NCBI GenBank assembly: GCA_019119685.1
Contig: DWWN01000053.1
Span: 8,079-72,078 of the forward strand
From: Candidatus Faecalibacterium faecigallinarum
GTDB taxonomy: Bacteria > Bacillota > Clostridia > Oscillospirales > Ruminococcaceae
DNA: 64,000 nucleotides
Direction: 5' to 3'
Positions within the stretch are counted from its first letter, which is position 1; every line of letters begins with the position of its first letter. The notes below the pieces were generated by a model. It did not search any database. It had not been told where the DNA came from and worked only from the letters and a program-made list of their open reading frames with translations. A program made the translations under genes and the position numbers. Positions 48,042 through 59,526 of this stretch are shown here, one piece after another.

Positions 48042-48506
48042 TTTTTTCCTTGCGGCTTCCCAGCAGGCCCCCAGCATCTGGGCCCCGTCCAGCGGCGGGA
48101 TGGGCAGCAGGTTGAACGCGCCTGTCAGGACGTTGGCCGCGAGGAAAGCCGCGCCCCACACCGTCAAACGGGCCGACGCGCGTGCATACCAGACGGCGGC
48201 CAGCAGGGCGTTCATCCCCGGGCCGGCCGCGGCCAGCACGAACCGCCGCCCCGGCGTCAGATGCGTCCCGCCCACCCGCATACAGAGGCCGGTCATGGTC
48301 ACTTCCACCACCGGCAGCCGGCCGAACAGCAGCGCAAACACCAGGATGTGTCCGCACTCATGCAGGGCCGCTGCCAGCAGGCCGAGCCGCAGAAAACCGC
48401 TGCTGTCAAAATACAGCAGGATGTACAGCAGCGCGCAGGTGCACAGCGGGTCCCGAAAGACCACCCTGCCCACCCGCACCCGCCGCGGGAACGCCGGGCC
48501 CCTCAT
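48021..48506 (-). CDS. Site-2 (M50) intramembrane metalloprotease, short SpoIVFB-like
   Basis: LHECGH, AAGPGMN, FNLLPIPPLDG. Confidence 0.85.
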   Translation of the reverse strand: MRGPAFPRRVRVGRVVFRDPLCTCALLYILLYFDSSGFLRLGLLAAALHECGHILVFALLFGRLPVVEVTMTGLCMRVGGTHLTPGRRFVLAAAGPGMNALLAAVWYARASARLTVWGAAFLAANVLTGAFNLLPIPPLDGAQMLGACWEAARKKLQSAPK

Positions 48507-49120
48507 GCCGGCAGGCCCAGCAGGGCCGAGGGGTCGCAGCGGACCGCGCGGTCCAGCAATTCAAAATGGAGATGGGGCCCGGTGGCCCGGCCGGTCTGGC
48601 CGGCGGTGCCCATCACCTGCCCTGCCCGCACCACCTCGCCGGGGCGGGCAAAGAGGTACTGCAGATGGGCGTACAGCGTTTCGACCCCGTCCGCATGGCA
48701 CAGGCGGATGTAATTGCCGTAGCTGGCGCTCCGCCCCGCCGCCAGGACTACCCCGTCCATGGCAGCCAGGACCGGCGTCCCTTCGGCGCAGGCCAGGTCC
48801 ACCCCGCGGTGAAAGTCCTCTGCATCTGCCGGGCTGTTTTCGGCAAAAGGGTCTGTCCGCCAGCCGTACCCGGACGAGACGTTCCAGCCGCTTGTCCCCA
48901 CCGGAAAGACGGCGTCCTCCTGTGGGACCAGCCGTTCCAGGCTGCACCCCGCCGGGGCCTCGGGGTCGGCGCAGGCCCGCAGGGCCAGGGCCGCCCCCGC
49001 GCACAAGAGCAGCCCGCACAGGAGGGCGGCCAGGCGTCCCTTTCGGCGTCCGGCGGCCCCTGGGCGGGCTGTCCGTTTTTGTTTCGTCCAATGGTACCGT
49101 TTCATCCGCCTTGCCTGCAC
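48503..49120 (-). CDS. Membrane-anchored M23/LytM peptidase in the spoIVFA position
   Basis: N-terminal TM; SSGYGWR, HRGVD, YAHL, GPHLHFE. Confidence 0.88.
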   Translation of the reverse strand: MQARRMKRYHWTKQKRTARPGAAGRRKGRLAALLCGLLLCAGAALALRACADPEAPAGCSLERLVPQEDAVFPVGTSGWNVSSGYGWRTDPFAENSPADAEDFHRGVDLACAEGTPVLAAMDGVVLAAGRSASYGNYIRLCHADGVETLYAHLQYLFARPGEVVRAGQVMGTAGQTGRATGPHLHFELLDRAVRCDPSALLGLPA

Positions 49121-49145
49121 AGAGACATCCCCCTTTTCATGGGGT

Positions 49146-49175
49146 ATTGTATGCGGCGGGCGGGAGACGGTATGC
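49146..49175 (-). promoter_or_regulatory. Sigma-E promoter for the M23-M50 (spoIVF-like) operon
   Basis: GCATA-17-CATACAAT, consensus -10. Confidence 0.75.
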
Positions 49176-49183
49176 CGGCCTGT

Positions 49184-51592
49184 TTATTTTTTGCGGCCGA
49201 ACAGGCTCCGGCGCAGCCGGGCAAAAAGGCCCCTGGGCTCGTCCTGCACCACTACGACGGTCTCAGCCGGGCGGGGCTCCGCGGGCTCTTTGGCCAGGGG
49301 GGCGGGTTCCCGGACCGGAGCAGGAGCCGGGACAGGTTCCGCCGGAACGGGCTGCGGGGCCGGGGCGGGTTCTGCCGGAGCGGGCTCCGGCTGGGCCACC
49401 GGCGCTGCGGGCGCGGGGGCCGCGTTCGGAGCGGGGGCAGGCTCTGCCGGCGCAGGCTGGGGCTCCTGGGCAGCGGGCTGCACGGCGGGGGCCGGAGCTT
49501 CCGCCGCCGGGGCCTCTGTGCGTGCGCCGCGGGTCCAATCGTCCCGGAACAGATCGTACATCCCCATCTGGCTGTTGACCAGCGGCTCGCCGGGGGCGGG
49601 CTTGACCTTCTGGTAGCTGCCGTCGGGGCCCATCACCCGGGCGTTGACGTTGTCGGCCAGCTGCATCTGCAGGATGTCGGTCAGCTTCTGGACCAGGATG
49701 GGGTCCTTGATGCGGACGCCTACCTCCACCCGGCACTCGGTGTTGCGGGTGAGGAAGTCGCCCGAGGCGATATAGATGCGGGTCTCGCGCCCGTCAAAGA
49801 AGCTGTAGATGCGGGCGTGCTCGAGGTAGCGGCCCACGATGCTGCGGATGTGCAGGTTCTCGGTCTTGCCGGGCACCTCCGCGCGCACGCAGCAGATGCC
49901 GCGCACGATCATGTCGATGCGGGCGCCGGCGCAGCTGGCCTCCTCCAGCTTGAGGATGATGTCCCGGTCGCTGATGGAGTTGTTTTTCAGGATCATGGAG
50001 GCGGGGCGGCCCAGACGGGCGGCCTCGATCACCCGGTCCATCTCGTCCAGCAAAACGCTCTTGAAGCGCAGCGGGGCCACCAGCATCTGGTCGGTCTCCT
50101 CGGTCAGCTTCTGGACGGCCAGGTTCTGGAATACGCCCGCGGCCTCCTCGCCGATGTCCGGGTCGGCGGTGATGAAGGAAAGGTCGGTGTACAGCTCGCT
50201 GGTCTTTTCGTTGTAGTTGCCGGTGCCGATCTGGGTGATATAGGAGTAGCCCCCGGCGCTCCTGCGGGTGATGAGGGTCAGTTTGGAGTGGACCTTGTAG
50301 TCGTCGAAGCCGTAGACCACGGTGCAGCCGGCTTCTTCCAGCTGCTTGGACCAGTCGATGTTGTTCTGTTCGTCGAAGCGGGCCCGCAACTCCACCAGGG
50401 CCACCACTTCCTTGCCGTTTTCGGCGGCGTCCACCAGGGCCTGGACGATCTGGGATTCCCGCGCCAGGCGGTAGAGGGTCATCTTGATGGAGATGACGTC
50501 GGGGTCCCGCGCGGCCTTTTTCAGCATCAGGATGAAAGGCCGGATGGACTGGTACGGGTAGTACAGCAGCACATCGTGCTTCTGCACTTCCTCGGTCAGG
50601 CTGTAGTTCAGGGGCGGCATCATGGGCCGGGCCGGCGAATAGAACAGCTCGGCGTGGCCGTCCTTTTCGATCCGGCTGTCCAGCTTGTAGAAAAAGCTCA
50701 GGTCCAGCGGGCTCTTCTGCTCAAAGACGCGGCGGTGGCCCAGTTCCAGCCGGGCGCACAGCATCTTGACGATCTCGGGCGCGGGGCCGGGCGTGACCTG
50801 CAGCCGGACGGCCGCCAGCTTGCGGCGGCGCTTGAGCAGCTCGGTCATGATCTCGCGGTAGTCGATGTCGTGGTCCATCATGCCCTCTTTCACGTCGATG
50901 TCGGCGTTGCGGGTCACGCGGAACAGGCACTTTTCAACGATGCTCTCCTTGGCAAAGACCATGCTGACATAGTGGTAGACCAGCTCCTCGGTCAAAGCGA
51001 ACAGGGTCTCCCCGTCCCGCTTGAAGAAGCACAGCCGCTCCATCTGGCTGGAGATGGGGATGATGCCCAGGCTCATCCCGCCCTCCTTTTTGTCTTTGAG
51101 CAGCACGCCCAGATAGATCTCCTCGTTGCGCAGGAACGGGAAGGGGTGGCGGTTGTCCACGATCTGGGGGCTGAGGATGGGGAACAGCTCATTCTGGAAA
51201 TACTTCTTCCAGAAGCGCTCTTCCTCCTTGGTGATCTTGTCAAAGTTGACCTTGCGGTAGCCGTGCTCGGCCAGGGCCTCCAGGGCTTTGTGGTAATATT
51301 TGTCGCAGTCCATCTGCAGCTCGGCCGTCTTGGGCATGATGGCGTTCAGCTGCTCCTCGGGGGTCATGTTGGTCTTGTTCTCGGGCTTTTCCTTTTTGCC
51401 CTTGAGGTTGGCGCGCTCCTGCAGCGAGCCCACCCGCACCATGAAAAATTCGTCCAGGTTGGAGCCGTAGATCGCCAAAAATTTGAGCTGTTCGGCCAGG
51501 GGCACGTTCTTGTCCTTGCCCAGCACCAGGACCCGCTGGTTGAAGTCCAGCCAGCTCAGTTCCCGGTTGATAAAAATGCTTTCTTCCTTCAT
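49184..51592 (-). CDS. ppk1: Polyphosphate kinase 1 with Pro/Ala-rich C-terminal extension
   Basis: NRELSWLDFNQRVL, SNLDEFFMVRV, HPFP, ELRARFDE, KVHSK, GTGNYN, GRYLEHAR. Confidence 0.96.
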   Translation of the reverse strand: MKEESIFINRELSWLDFNQRVLVLGKDKNVPLAEQLKFLAIYGSNLDEFFMVRVGSLQERANLKGKKEKPENKTNMTPEEQLNAIMPKTAELQMDCDKYYHKALEALAEHGYRKVNFDKITKEEERFWKKYFQNELFPILSPQIVDNRHPFPFLRNEEIYLGVLLKDKKEGGMSLGIIPISSQMERLCFFKRDGETLFALTEELVYHYVSMVFAKESIVEKCLFRVTRNADIDVKEGMMDHDIDYREIMTELLKRRRKLAAVRLQVTPGPAPEIVKMLCARLELGHRRVFEQKSPLDLSFFYKLDSRIEKDGHAELFYSPARPMMPPLNYSLTEEVQKHDVLLYYPYQSIRPFILMLKKAARDPDVISIKMTLYRLARESQIVQALVDAAENGKEVVALVELRARFDEQNNIDWSKQLEEAGCTVVYGFDDYKVHSKLTLITRRSAGGYSYITQIGTGNYNEKTSELYTDLSFITADPDIGEEAAGVFQNLAVQKLTEETDQMLVAPLRFKSVLLDEMDRVIEAARLGRPASMILKNNSISDRDIILKLEEASCAGARIDMIVRGICCVRAEVPGKTENLHIRSIVGRYLEHARIYSFFDGRETRIYIASGDFLTRNTECRVEVGVRIKDPILVQKLTDILQMQLADNVNARVMGPDGSYQKVKPAPGEPLVNSQMGMYDLFRDDWTRGARTEAPAAEAPAPAVQPAAQEPQPAPAEPAPAPNAAPAPAAPVAQPEPAPAEPAPAPQPVPAEPVPAPAPVREPAPLAKEPAEPRPAETVVVVQDEPRGLFARLRRSLFGRKK

Positions 51593-51598
51593 CGTTCC

Positions 51599-51976
51599 TC
51601 ATTCCCCTTCCGGCCCGGGGCCGCTCACATAGGCGAGCCGCGCCCAGTCCCTGATGGTGTTTTGGGTAATGCCGCTTACCCGCGTGACGTCCTCGACTTG
51701 CGCGTAGGGCCCGTTGGCTGCGCGGTCGGCCAGAATGGCCCGGGCCCGCTTTTCCCCCACGCCGGGCAGGGTGCACAGGGCATCCAGCCCGGCGGTGTTT
51801 AGATCCACCTGCGCCGCTTCCAGCAGGGAGCTTTCGGCCCGGACGGCGGCGGCCTCCCCTTCCGGCGGGCGCAGAGGCGCTGCGTCCTGCCAGGCCAGCA
51901 CAGCAAACAGCGCCGCAGCCGCGGCTGCCGCCGCCAGGAAGCCCAGCTCCCGCCTGTCGAGATATCTCCCTACCAT
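51599..51976 (-). CDS. comEA: ComEA-family HhH DNA-binding protein (short, no SLBB domain)
   Basis: N-terminal TM; VDLNTA..LPGVGEKRARAI..RVSGI. Confidence 0.75.
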   Translation of the reverse strand: MVGRYLDRRELGFLAAAAAAAALFAVLAWQDAAPLRPPEGEAAAVRAESSLLEAAQVDLNTAGLDALCTLPGVGEKRARAILADRAANGPYAQVEDVTRVSGITQNTIRDWARLAYVSGPGPEGE

Positions 51977-51993
51977 TGTACTGTATCCTCCCC

Positions 51994-52025
51994 AAAAAAG
52001 AAAGCCCTCCGCACCGGGTGCGGAG
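51994..52025 (-). terminator. Terminator between the HAD gene and comEA
   Basis: CTCCGCAC/GTGCGGAG stem followed by a T-tract on the minus strand. Confidence 0.6.
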
Positions 52026-52070
52026 AACTTTTTACAGGAATTTTACCCCTTTGCGGGGGTTTGCAGGGCC

Positions 52071-52892
52071 TTACCTCCCGCTGTTCCGCACCAGCTGATA
52101 GAGATACTCGGCCGCGGCCCCCTCGTTGGCGCGGCAGAAGGTGGTCTGGCCGGCCGCCAGCCGCACCTCGGCGGGGGCGTCAAAGGCGGCGGCGCTCTGG
52201 CCGGCCAGGCGCATCAGTTCCACCATGGGGACGCTGCCGGCCAGCACCGCCACATTCTCGGGCGAGAGCATAGCGGCGGCGCACACCGAACTGAAGGCCG
52301 CCCCCATACTGATTGAGCCGGGGGTCAGGGCCAGGCAGTCGATGGCCAGCCGCTCCTGACGGACGGGAGCGGCGCTCTCCTCCAGAGCCTTTTCAAAGGT
52401 CTGCAGGGCGGGGATGGTCTTGGCGTCCTGGTAGAGCAGGACCCGCAGCACGTCCTCGCTGGACACCCCCTCGGGCTGGGTCAGCAGGTAGGGGGTCCAT
52501 TCCCGGCGCAGGTGGCGTTCGAGGGCGTGGTTCATCCGAAAGACCCGGGTGGCGCCGTCCTTCATCTGCAGGGCGATGCCGATGCCGGGGGCCGCGGGCA
52601 GTTTTGCCAGAAAGCTGTCTCCCAGCGCCGCAAAGCTGCCCATGGGCTGGCCGCTGCCGGCTGAAAAGCTGTACACCAGCGCCCCGCCGCACAGCAGCGC
52701 CGGCGCCGCCAGAGGCACGCTGCCCAGGATGGTCCGCACCGCCTTGGGCGTCTTTTGGGAAAAGACGGTCATCCGGCCGCCCCGCGCCGTGAACAGCTGC
52801 AGCACGTCCCGCAGCACCTGGGTCAGGTTGCCGTCGGGGCCCAGCATCAGGGCGTCCAGGTCGCAGAGGACCAGCGTGGATTCCAGATTCAT
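52071..52892 (-). CDS. Cof/HAD-IIB-like protein with degenerate catalytic motifs
   Basis: LVLCDLDALM motif I; later motifs altered (FSQKT; LAGSVPMVELMRLAG). Confidence 0.7.
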   Translation of the reverse strand: MNLESTLVLCDLDALMLGPDGNLTQVLRDVLQLFTARGGRMTVFSQKTPKAVRTILGSVPLAAPALLCGGALVYSFSAGSGQPMGSFAALGDSFLAKLPAAPGIGIALQMKDGATRVFRMNHALERHLRREWTPYLLTQPEGVSSEDVLRVLLYQDAKTIPALQTFEKALEESAAPVRQERLAIDCLALTPGSISMGAAFSSVCAAAMLSPENVAVLAGSVPMVELMRLAGQSAAAFDAPAEVRLAAGQTTFCRANEGAAAEYLYQLVRNSGR

Positions 52893-53821
52893 GGCCGACC
52901 CCTCCTCAGTACATCCAAAAAGTGGGTGAAGTAATCGGGCAGCGGGCTGTCAAAGGACAGCTGCTCGCCTGTGATGGGATGGATAAAGCCCAGCGTCTTG
53001 GCGTGCAGGCACTGGCCGTGCAGGCTGGCGATGCAGCTGCGGGGCCCGTAGACCGGGTCCCCGGCCACCGGGTGATGGATGGACGCCATATGCACCCGGA
53101 TCTGATGGGTCCGCCCCGTCTTGAGGCGGCATTCCAGCAACGTGAACTCCCCCAGCCGTTCCAGCACCTTCCAGCCGGTGTAGGCGTACTTGGTGTGGGG
53201 CTCCCCTGCCGGGTAGACCGCCATCTTTTTGCGGTCGGTCTTGGAGCGGCCCAGATAGCCCTCCACAAAGCCCTCGTCCTGGGCAAAGCCTCCATAGACC
53301 ACCGTCTGGTAGGCCCGCCGGACGCTGTGCTCGGCCATCTGCCGGGACAGGCCGATGTGGGTGGCGTCGTCCTTGGCCACCACCAGCAGGCCGCTGGTGT
53401 CCTTGTCGATGCGGTGGACGATGCCGGGGCGGATCTCGCCGCCGATGCCCGACAGGCTGCCCCGGCAGTGCCACAGCAGGGCGTTGACCAGGGTGCCGTC
53501 CGGGTTGCCGGGGGCGGGATGGACCACCATCCCCTTGGGCTTGTTGACCACCAGCAGGTGCCCATCCTCATAGACGATGTCCAGCGGGATATCCTGCGGG
53601 ACGGCCGCGATGGGGGCGGCGTCGGGGATCTCCACCAGAATGGTGTCCCCCGCTTTCAGCTTGCGGTTTTTGGCTGCCGGCTGGCCGTTGGCCAGGACGT
53701 GCCCTTCGGCGATCAGGTTTTGCAGCGCGCTGCGGGACAGGCCGGTGTCCTCCCCGGCCAGAAAGCGGTCGATCCGCTGGCCGGCGTCCTCGGCCTCAAC
53801 GGCAAACTCACGCTGTTCCAT
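52889..53821 (-). CDS. rluD: RluA/RluD family pseudouridine synthase
   Basis: S4 domain, NKPKGMVVHP, VHRIDKDTSG, TGRTHQIRVH. Confidence 0.93.
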   Translation of the reverse strand: MEQREFAVEAEDAGQRIDRFLAGEDTGLSRSALQNLIAEGHVLANGQPAAKNRKLKAGDTILVEIPDAAPIAAVPQDIPLDIVYEDGHLLVVNKPKGMVVHPAPGNPDGTLVNALLWHCRGSLSGIGGEIRPGIVHRIDKDTSGLLVVAKDDATHIGLSRQMAEHSVRRAYQTVVYGGFAQDEGFVEGYLGRSKTDRKKMAVYPAGEPHTKYAYTGWKVLERLGEFTLLECRLKTGRTHQIRVHMASIHHPVAGDPVYGPRSCIASLHGQCLHAKTLGFIHPITGEQLSFDSPLPDYFTHFLDVLRRGRP

Positions 53822-53824
53822 GGG

Positions 53825-54316
53825 TCACTTGTCCCCTTCCGCTTTGCCTGCCTTGTTTTCAGGGCTGCGGCGCTCCTCCAGGATGACCGACAGCACCCAC
53901 AGGCCCATGCCGACGCAGACACAAATGTCGGCAAAGTTGAACACGGCAAAATTCATGAAGAGAAGGTTGATGTAATCCACCACCCGGCCCGCGGCGATGC
54001 GGTCGATCAGGTTGCCGATGCCGCCGCCCAGCACCAGCACCAGGGCCCAGCGCTGCAGCTGGTCGTTGCGGCAGTGGGTGAACAGCCACCAGGCGATCAG
54101 CAGCATCCCGATGCTGGTGGCCGCGATGAGGATCTCCTGCCGGCCCCACAGCAGGCTGAAGGCCATCCCCTCGTTGTAGGTGAAGTGCAGCTCCACCACA
54201 TGGGGGATCAAAGGCATGGAGCCCACCGGCTGCAGGTTCTGGACGGCCCAGAGCTTGATGGCCTGGTCGATGCCCACCAGCGCCGCGATGGCGATGAGAT
54301 TCAGGAACACAAACAT
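53825..54316 (-). CDS. lspA: Lipoprotein signal peptidase
   Basis: DQAIK, NEGMAFS, GGIGNLIDR, VVDY, FNFAD. Confidence 0.96.
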   Translation of the reverse strand: MFVFLNLIAIAALVGIDQAIKLWAVQNLQPVGSMPLIPHVVELHFTYNEGMAFSLLWGRQEILIAATSIGMLLIAWWLFTHCRNDQLQRWALVLVLGGGIGNLIDRIAAGRVVDYINLLFMNFAVFNFADICVCVGMGLWVLSVILEERRSPENKAGKAEGDK

Positions 54317-54381
54317 AGGCGAATACTCCTGTGAAAGGGCCGGGCCCGTCCCGCGGGCCCCGCGCCCTGACAGTCTTTGCA

Positions 54382-54419
54382 AAGAACGGCGTCCCCTTGC
54401 TGCAGGGAACGCCGTTCTT
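54382..54419 (-). terminator. Stem-loop after ileS
   Basis: AAGAACGGCGTCCCC / GGGAACGCCGTTCTT. Confidence 0.7.
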
Positions 54420-54448
54420 CAATTTTGAAACGTTGGTCCGGCCGGAGC

Positions 54449-57241
<2,793 letters not shown>

Positions 57242-57294
57242 GGGTTCCACACTCCTCAAAAATGATTGTCTGCCGGGCGTGCCGGCAAGACGGC

Positions 57295-57330
57295 AAAAGC
57301 AGGGACAGGCGCACGCGGCCCCTGCCCTGC
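57295..57330 (-). terminator. Terminator-like hairpin after divIVA
   Basis: GCAGGGCAGG..CCTGTCCCTGC TTTT. Confidence 0.55.
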
Positions 57331-57362
57331 CCCATCGCACGGCAAGCCGCGCGGGATGTAAC

Positions 57363-58100
57363 TTATTTGCTGAACTGGACGCCCTGGAAGGCGGAGTAAT
57401 CCACCTCGGCGGGCTGCTTCTGGTCGGGGGCGGTCAGCTCGGCCTCGTCCTTGTTCCAGAAGTCCTCGCTCTGGGCGGCGGGCTCGGTCTCGTCCGCCTC
57501 GGTATCCGCTTCGGCGGCTGCCGGATCGGCCGCGGCGGCGTTCTCGTCCTCTGCGGCGGGCTCGGCCGGCGCGTCGGGGGCGTACTCGGGCAGGCGGCTG
57601 AGGGACTCCACATGGCTGCGGTAGAGGTTCAGTACGTCGGCCTTGAAGCGGGTCACTTCCAGGCGGACCCGCTCATACTCCCGCTCTTCCAGCATGCGCT
57701 GGTCGCTGGCCTCCCGGACGATCTCGTCGGCCCGGTCGGTAGCCTTCTGCAGCAGGTCGTTGGCGTCCCGGATGATGTCGTCGCTGCGGAGGTTGGCCTT
57801 GTGGATGATCTCCTCGGCCTTCTGGTTGGCCTCGCGGATCACGTTTTCGCCGATGCGCTGGGCATTGATGAGCGCCGACTTCATGATCTCGCCGTCGGCA
57901 CGGTAGTCCTCGGTCTCTTTGGAAAGGCGCTGGTTGTCGCCCTGCAGCTGCTCGATCTGCCGCTGCAGCCGGTCCACCTCGTTGGCGCTGGACTTGAGCT
58001 GCTCCTCCACACGGTCCAAAAACCGGTCGACGTCCTCGATCCGGTAACCGCGGAAGCTCTTTTCAAACTGGACAGAGTGTACGTCCTGCGGTGTCAGCAT
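57363..58100 (-). CDS. divIVA: DivIVA domain protein
   Basis: MLTPQDV..FEKSFRGYRIEDVDRFLD, coiled coil. Confidence 0.92.
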   Translation of the reverse strand: MLTPQDVHSVQFEKSFRGYRIEDVDRFLDRVEEQLKSSANEVDRLQRQIEQLQGDNQRLSKETEDYRADGEIMKSALINAQRIGENVIREANQKAEEIIHKANLRSDDIIRDANDLLQKATDRADEIVREASDQRMLEEREYERVRLEVTRFKADVLNLYRSHVESLSRLPEYAPDAPAEPAAEDENAAAADPAAAEADTEADETEPAAQSEDFWNKDEAELTAPDQKQPAEVDYSAFQGVQFSK

Positions 58101-58126
58101 ACTGATTTCCTCCTGTCATTGTTGGT

Positions 58127-58948
58127 TTACGATTGATACTGAAAGAACTCGATGATCTGGCGGTCCTTCTTCGTCCTGCCGGGCAGGGCGGTGAGGGCAA
58201 AGCGCCCTTTGCCCCGTATGGTAAAGACGTCCCCCTCGTAGACGGGGGCGTGGACGCTCCCGGTGGGCAGGTGGTTGATCTCCACCCGGCCCGCCTGGAT
58301 CAGTTCCGCCGCCGCCCCGCGGCTGCAATGCAGCATGGCCGCAAGCACTGCGTCCAGCCGCAGGGAGGACACGGCCGCAGTGCGCAGCACCCGCTCGGCC
58401 TGCGCGAGGCCGGGCAGTTCCTCCAGGGGCTGCCGGGTGCAGCTGACCTCGGCGCGGCCCACCTGGGCCAGCTCCTCGCAGATCAGCCGGGCCGCCGGTT
58501 CCAGGGCAAAGACATAGGCCGTGCCGGGCGTGTCCGCCGGCAGGACGATGTCCCCCAGCGCCTCCCGCTTGATGGCAAGGCCCATCAGGCTGCCCAGATA
58601 GTCCCTGTGGGACGGCAGGTCCGCGCCGGGAGCGGCGCGGCAGTCCAGCCGGACGCAGGCCAGGGGGCTGTCGGTCCAGGAGCCTTCCGGCTCGATGGCC
58701 GCGAGCCGCCGTTCGGCGTCGGGGTAGCCGCCTTCAAAGCGCCAGCAGGTGCAGCCCGCTTTGGACAGGGCCGCCCGGGCCAGCACCTGTTCCCGGTCGC
58801 TGAGAAAGGAGGAATACCGGGGGATGCCCCGGGCCCCGGCCGTGCGGGCCAGGTCCTCGATGTGGCGCATCAGGAACCGCTCTTTGTCGTTCTGGGGCGG
58901 GATGTAGCCCCGGGCAGGGCGCTGGGCCTCCTCAATAGAACGCGCCAT
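58127..58948 (-). CDS. ylmH: YlmH S4-domain RNA-binding protein
   Basis: GGYPDAERR, HRDYLGSLM, SLRLDAV, IRGKGRF. Confidence 0.92.
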   Translation of the reverse strand: MARSIEEAQRPARGYIPPQNDKERFLMRHIEDLARTAGARGIPRYSSFLSDREQVLARAALSKAGCTCWRFEGGYPDAERRLAAIEPEGSWTDSPLACVRLDCRAAPGADLPSHRDYLGSLMGLAIKREALGDIVLPADTPGTAYVFALEPAARLICEELAQVGRAEVSCTRQPLEELPGLAQAERVLRTAAVSSLRLDAVLAAMLHCSRGAAAELIQAGRVEINHLPTGSVHAPVYEGDVFTIRGKGRFALTALPGRTKKDRQIIEFFQYQS

Positions 58949-59393
58949 TGTTCTCCAGCTCGTCCAGCAGGTCGCCCATGATATCCACGTTGTAAGGGGT
59001 GATGATAAAGGTGCTGTTGGCCACCCGCTTGATCTGGCCGTTGTTGGCGTAGGCCACGCCGGACAGGAAGTCCACCAGGCGGCGGGACACCTCTTTGTTG
59101 GTGGACTCGAGGTTCAGCACCACGGTGCGCTTGTTGTTCAGATGGTCGGCGATGGTGCTGGCGTCCTCGAACCGCTCGGGCTTGACCAGGACCACCTTGA
59201 GCTGGGTGGTGGCGTTGATGTTGACCACCCGGTTGCCGCTTTTGCCGCTGTCGCCGCTGTCCTCATCGTAGGAATCCGAGCTGCCAAAGCCGCTGTTGTT
59301 GTTCACCATCTGGGGCCCGTCGTCGATGTACTGATCGTCGTAGCCGTCATCCTCGCCGAACAGACCCTTTTTGAGATTTTGCATAAAAGACAT
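58932..59393 (-). CDS. sepF: Cell division protein SepF
   Basis: N-terminal amphipathic helix; VVLNLE, RLVDFLSGVAYA, FIITP. Confidence 0.95.
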   Translation of the reverse strand: MSFMQNLKKGLFGEDDGYDDQYIDDGPQMVNNNSGFGSSDSYDEDSGDSGKSGNRVVNINATTQLKVVLVKPERFEDASTIADHLNNKRTVVLNLESTNKEVSRRLVDFLSGVAYANNGQIKRVANSTFIITPYNVDIMGDLLDELENNGAFY

Positions 59394-59491
59394 CGATACC
59401 GCTCCTTTCATCTGCAAGCAGATGCCGTTTTTTCCTAAAAACCGCCGGCTGCCCAGCGCGGCTGGGCCAGCAGAAAAGAATAGCTCTTTAT

Positions 59492-59520
59492 ATTATCTGT
59501 TTTTTTATGCCGGATGTCAA
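59492..59520 (-). promoter_or_regulatory. Sigma-A promoter for sepF-ylmH-divIVA
   Basis: TTGACA-17-GATAAT. Confidence 0.75.
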
Positions 59521-59526
59521 TAAGAG

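Noticed and set aside
52026-52070. GCAAACCCCCGCAAAGGGG upstream of comEA, resembling the start of a c-di-GMP-I riboswitch
   Set aside because: Lacks the GACGCAAA junction and second stem; more likely a weak promoter or hairpin
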